This document shows positions 61,830-64,000 of a stretch of 64,000 nucleotides of DNA, one piece after another. The stretch covers positions 36,456,001-36,520,000 of the forward strand of contig NC_091999.1 in NCBI RefSeq assembly GCF_044704955.1, written 5' to 3'. The stretch's first letter is position 1. Every line of letters begins with the position of its first letter. The translations under genes and the position numbers were made by a program. The notes beneath the pieces were generated by a model. That model ran no database searches and was not told the origin of the DNA. It saw only the letters and a list, made by a program, of their open reading frames with translations. The stretch is from Pristiophorus japonicus. Taxonomy: Eukaryota.

Positions 61830-64000
61830 CTCGAGTAATTTTGACTGTGGAATGAATGAAAGCCTGTTTTAAGAAGGTGTGGAGCTGCCTGCCTGTTTTA
61901 GCTCCATCCACTCTTTCCAAACAGAGTGAAATGTTTTTTTTTAACCCTTCGTAGTGCTGTCCTGTTTGTGGGAAATTTAAGAAACTGTGAACCTTATGGT
62001 ATTACATTTTAAGTTGGAAACGAAGGTGTGGATATAAGTTACGGAGCTAGGAAATGCACAAAGGATAGGTTTGTTGAGTAAAAGATAAAAATACATGGTC
62101 CCGGTAGTAAAGAAAAAAAAAGAATTTGACACGCTCACTTACTTGTCGAAAGAAAACATGCAATTGGGTTGAAATACATAAATTTAGTCTAGGAATGAGA
62201 TAAAGAATGCCTTTCAAAACGCTCCCATTTTCCTTTGTGTAAATCCTTGACATGAAAGCTTCTAGCTCAGCAAAAAAAAAGAGTTTTAAATGTCGAAATA
62301 CTTCAGGGATCAGGTCAAACTCCTGGGCGAGTGGTGAGCTATCTGTGAAGGTGTAAAAGGGACTTTTGAAAAAGGCTAAAACAGTAAGCTTTAGCAGTTT
62401 AGAAAAGAAAAAGATAAAGCAGGAAAAGGTCTCTGCCACGGGAACAGGAGGAGGGCAGAAAAGGGGGACTTGCCACAATACCCTATAAGACCTGAAGCTA
62501 GAACAGCGGTTGTAGAAATAGTAAAAGGGCTAGTGGAAAAGGGTATCTGTAAAGAAAGAGTTAGCACCACTAACTCCCCAAAAAGGCCCAGGTAGGGAAA
62601 TCCCAGGTCCTGTACCTAGGGTACTGCCTCTCAAGGGGTTGAAAGAAACGCCCACGGATAGGAAAAAGGCTGTCAAGGACATGCCGAGACCAGTAACGGT
62701 AAGGGGGGTGAGGAAGGTACTGGGCCTCTTTAATTACAGCCGGAACTTTATCCCTGATAAAAGGAGACCTATAGCCTATTACTCTACCACCGAAAGCCCG
62801 GTGGTGAGTGGGTTATCCAGATGTATAGCCGCGCTAGATTGCGCAGCTTGGGCGGTAAAAATTAAGCGAGCTTGTGGTGATGACTGGAAACATCATTCTC
62901 CACACTAAACACACATTGGTAGAAATGTTAAACACAGGAAAACTGAGAACCGTATCTAATATGAGACATGCAAAGTGGGAAGCAGTCCTCTTAACACCCA
63001 ACAAAGCGGTAACCATAATTAGTGATGTAGGAAACAACCCCACAGAAGGTATGATGGGTGAGGGGGAACCCCACTTTTGCGAAGAGGTATGTGAGGATAT
63101 GGAAGAGGATAGAATAAAAGACGCCCCCCTTCAAACCGCAGAACAAACCTTGTTTGTGGACGGCTCACGAAAATACGTAGAGGGACTACCTCGTACCGGA
63201 TGGGCCGTAGTTAACCAGGATCTAGAGACAGTTGAATCAGGGCGAATTAATGGGGGGTCGTCAGTTCAAGTGGCAGAACTGGTAGCCCTCACCTGGGCAC
63301 TGGAATTATCGGAAAATATGATTGTTAATATTTATACGGACAGTAGATATGCATTCGGGGTAGTACATGATTATATGACAGCATGGGGGAGAAGGGATGT
63401 TTGCGATGGATAAAGACATAACTTACGAAATACCAGTTGATATCAGCTGTGAAAAAGATATTGGTTTCATTGAAAAAAAAATAATTTGAAGAGGTAAAAA
63501 ACACTCTCCATTGATAATGATTTTAAATGATTAAAATTAAGTCAGTGCCGCTGGGGCCCAAGACGAAGAGATAAGTATTGAGAAACTACACCAGGACACT
63601 TCTGAGGAGGAAATAGGTATGTGGACAAAGCAGGGCGCAACGCAAGGGAAGGATAACGTTTGGAGACGAAACGACAAGGTAATGGCGCCTGAATGCACAC
63701 TGAATACCTTATTGGAGTTGCATCATGGCCTGTCTTATTCAGGATGAGAGGCCATGACCGGGAGTCTTGGAAGAGATTGGTGGTGGAAAGGGATGGGGAG
63801 AGATATCACCAAACATTGCCATCGATGCGTTACGTGCGCACAATATAATCCAGGCAGGCCCATTAAAATTAAAATGGGACACAAGCCCCATCCACGTGGG
63901 CCATGGGAACACGTACAAATTGATTTCACAGGTCCTTTGCCCCCATCCCATGGAAAAAGATATTGCCTAGTGATTATAGATCAATTTACCCGGTGGGTAG
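61830..64000 (+). mobile_element. pol: Class I (epsilon/gamma-like) ERV, internally deleted pol; runs off the window
   Basis: RT start YPIRPEA...TTNSP; VRKVLGLFNYSRNFIP; RPIAYYS; RNase H LFVDGS...QVAELVAL...IYTDSRYAFGVVH; integrase WWWKGM...CVTCAQYNP...PWEHVQIDF...DQFTRWV. Confidence 0.85.

Overview
Eukaryotic genomic DNA from a cartilaginous fish, most likely a shark (judged from the Ig sequence type, CR1 LINEs and Deu-domain SINEs). The centrepiece is a complete IgM heavy-chain cluster on the minus strand: leader, VH, JH, Cmu1-4 with secretory tail, TM1 and TM2, spanning about 20.6-38.8 kb. All exons are open and splice-compatible. The cluster is partly pre-rearranged. V is fused to a D1-like segment followed by a 22-bp-spacer RSS, and a D2-like segment is fused to J behind a 12-bp-spacer RSS (VD-DJ). 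One 12/23 recombination step remains, and a flush join would be in frame. Left of the Ig gene lie a degenerate C2H2 zinc-finger gene, a truncated Gypsy element, and a two-LTR class III (ERV-L/ERV-S-like) provirus with a tRNA-Ser PBS and a very short env remnant, plus CpG-island promoters and several minisatellites. Right of it lie three N-runs in (GATA)n, 27-bp and 67-bp satellite arrays, many CR1 fragments, an old ~1.5-kb duplication and an internally deleted class I-like ERV pol. Coordinates were read by eye; repeat boundaries are approximate.
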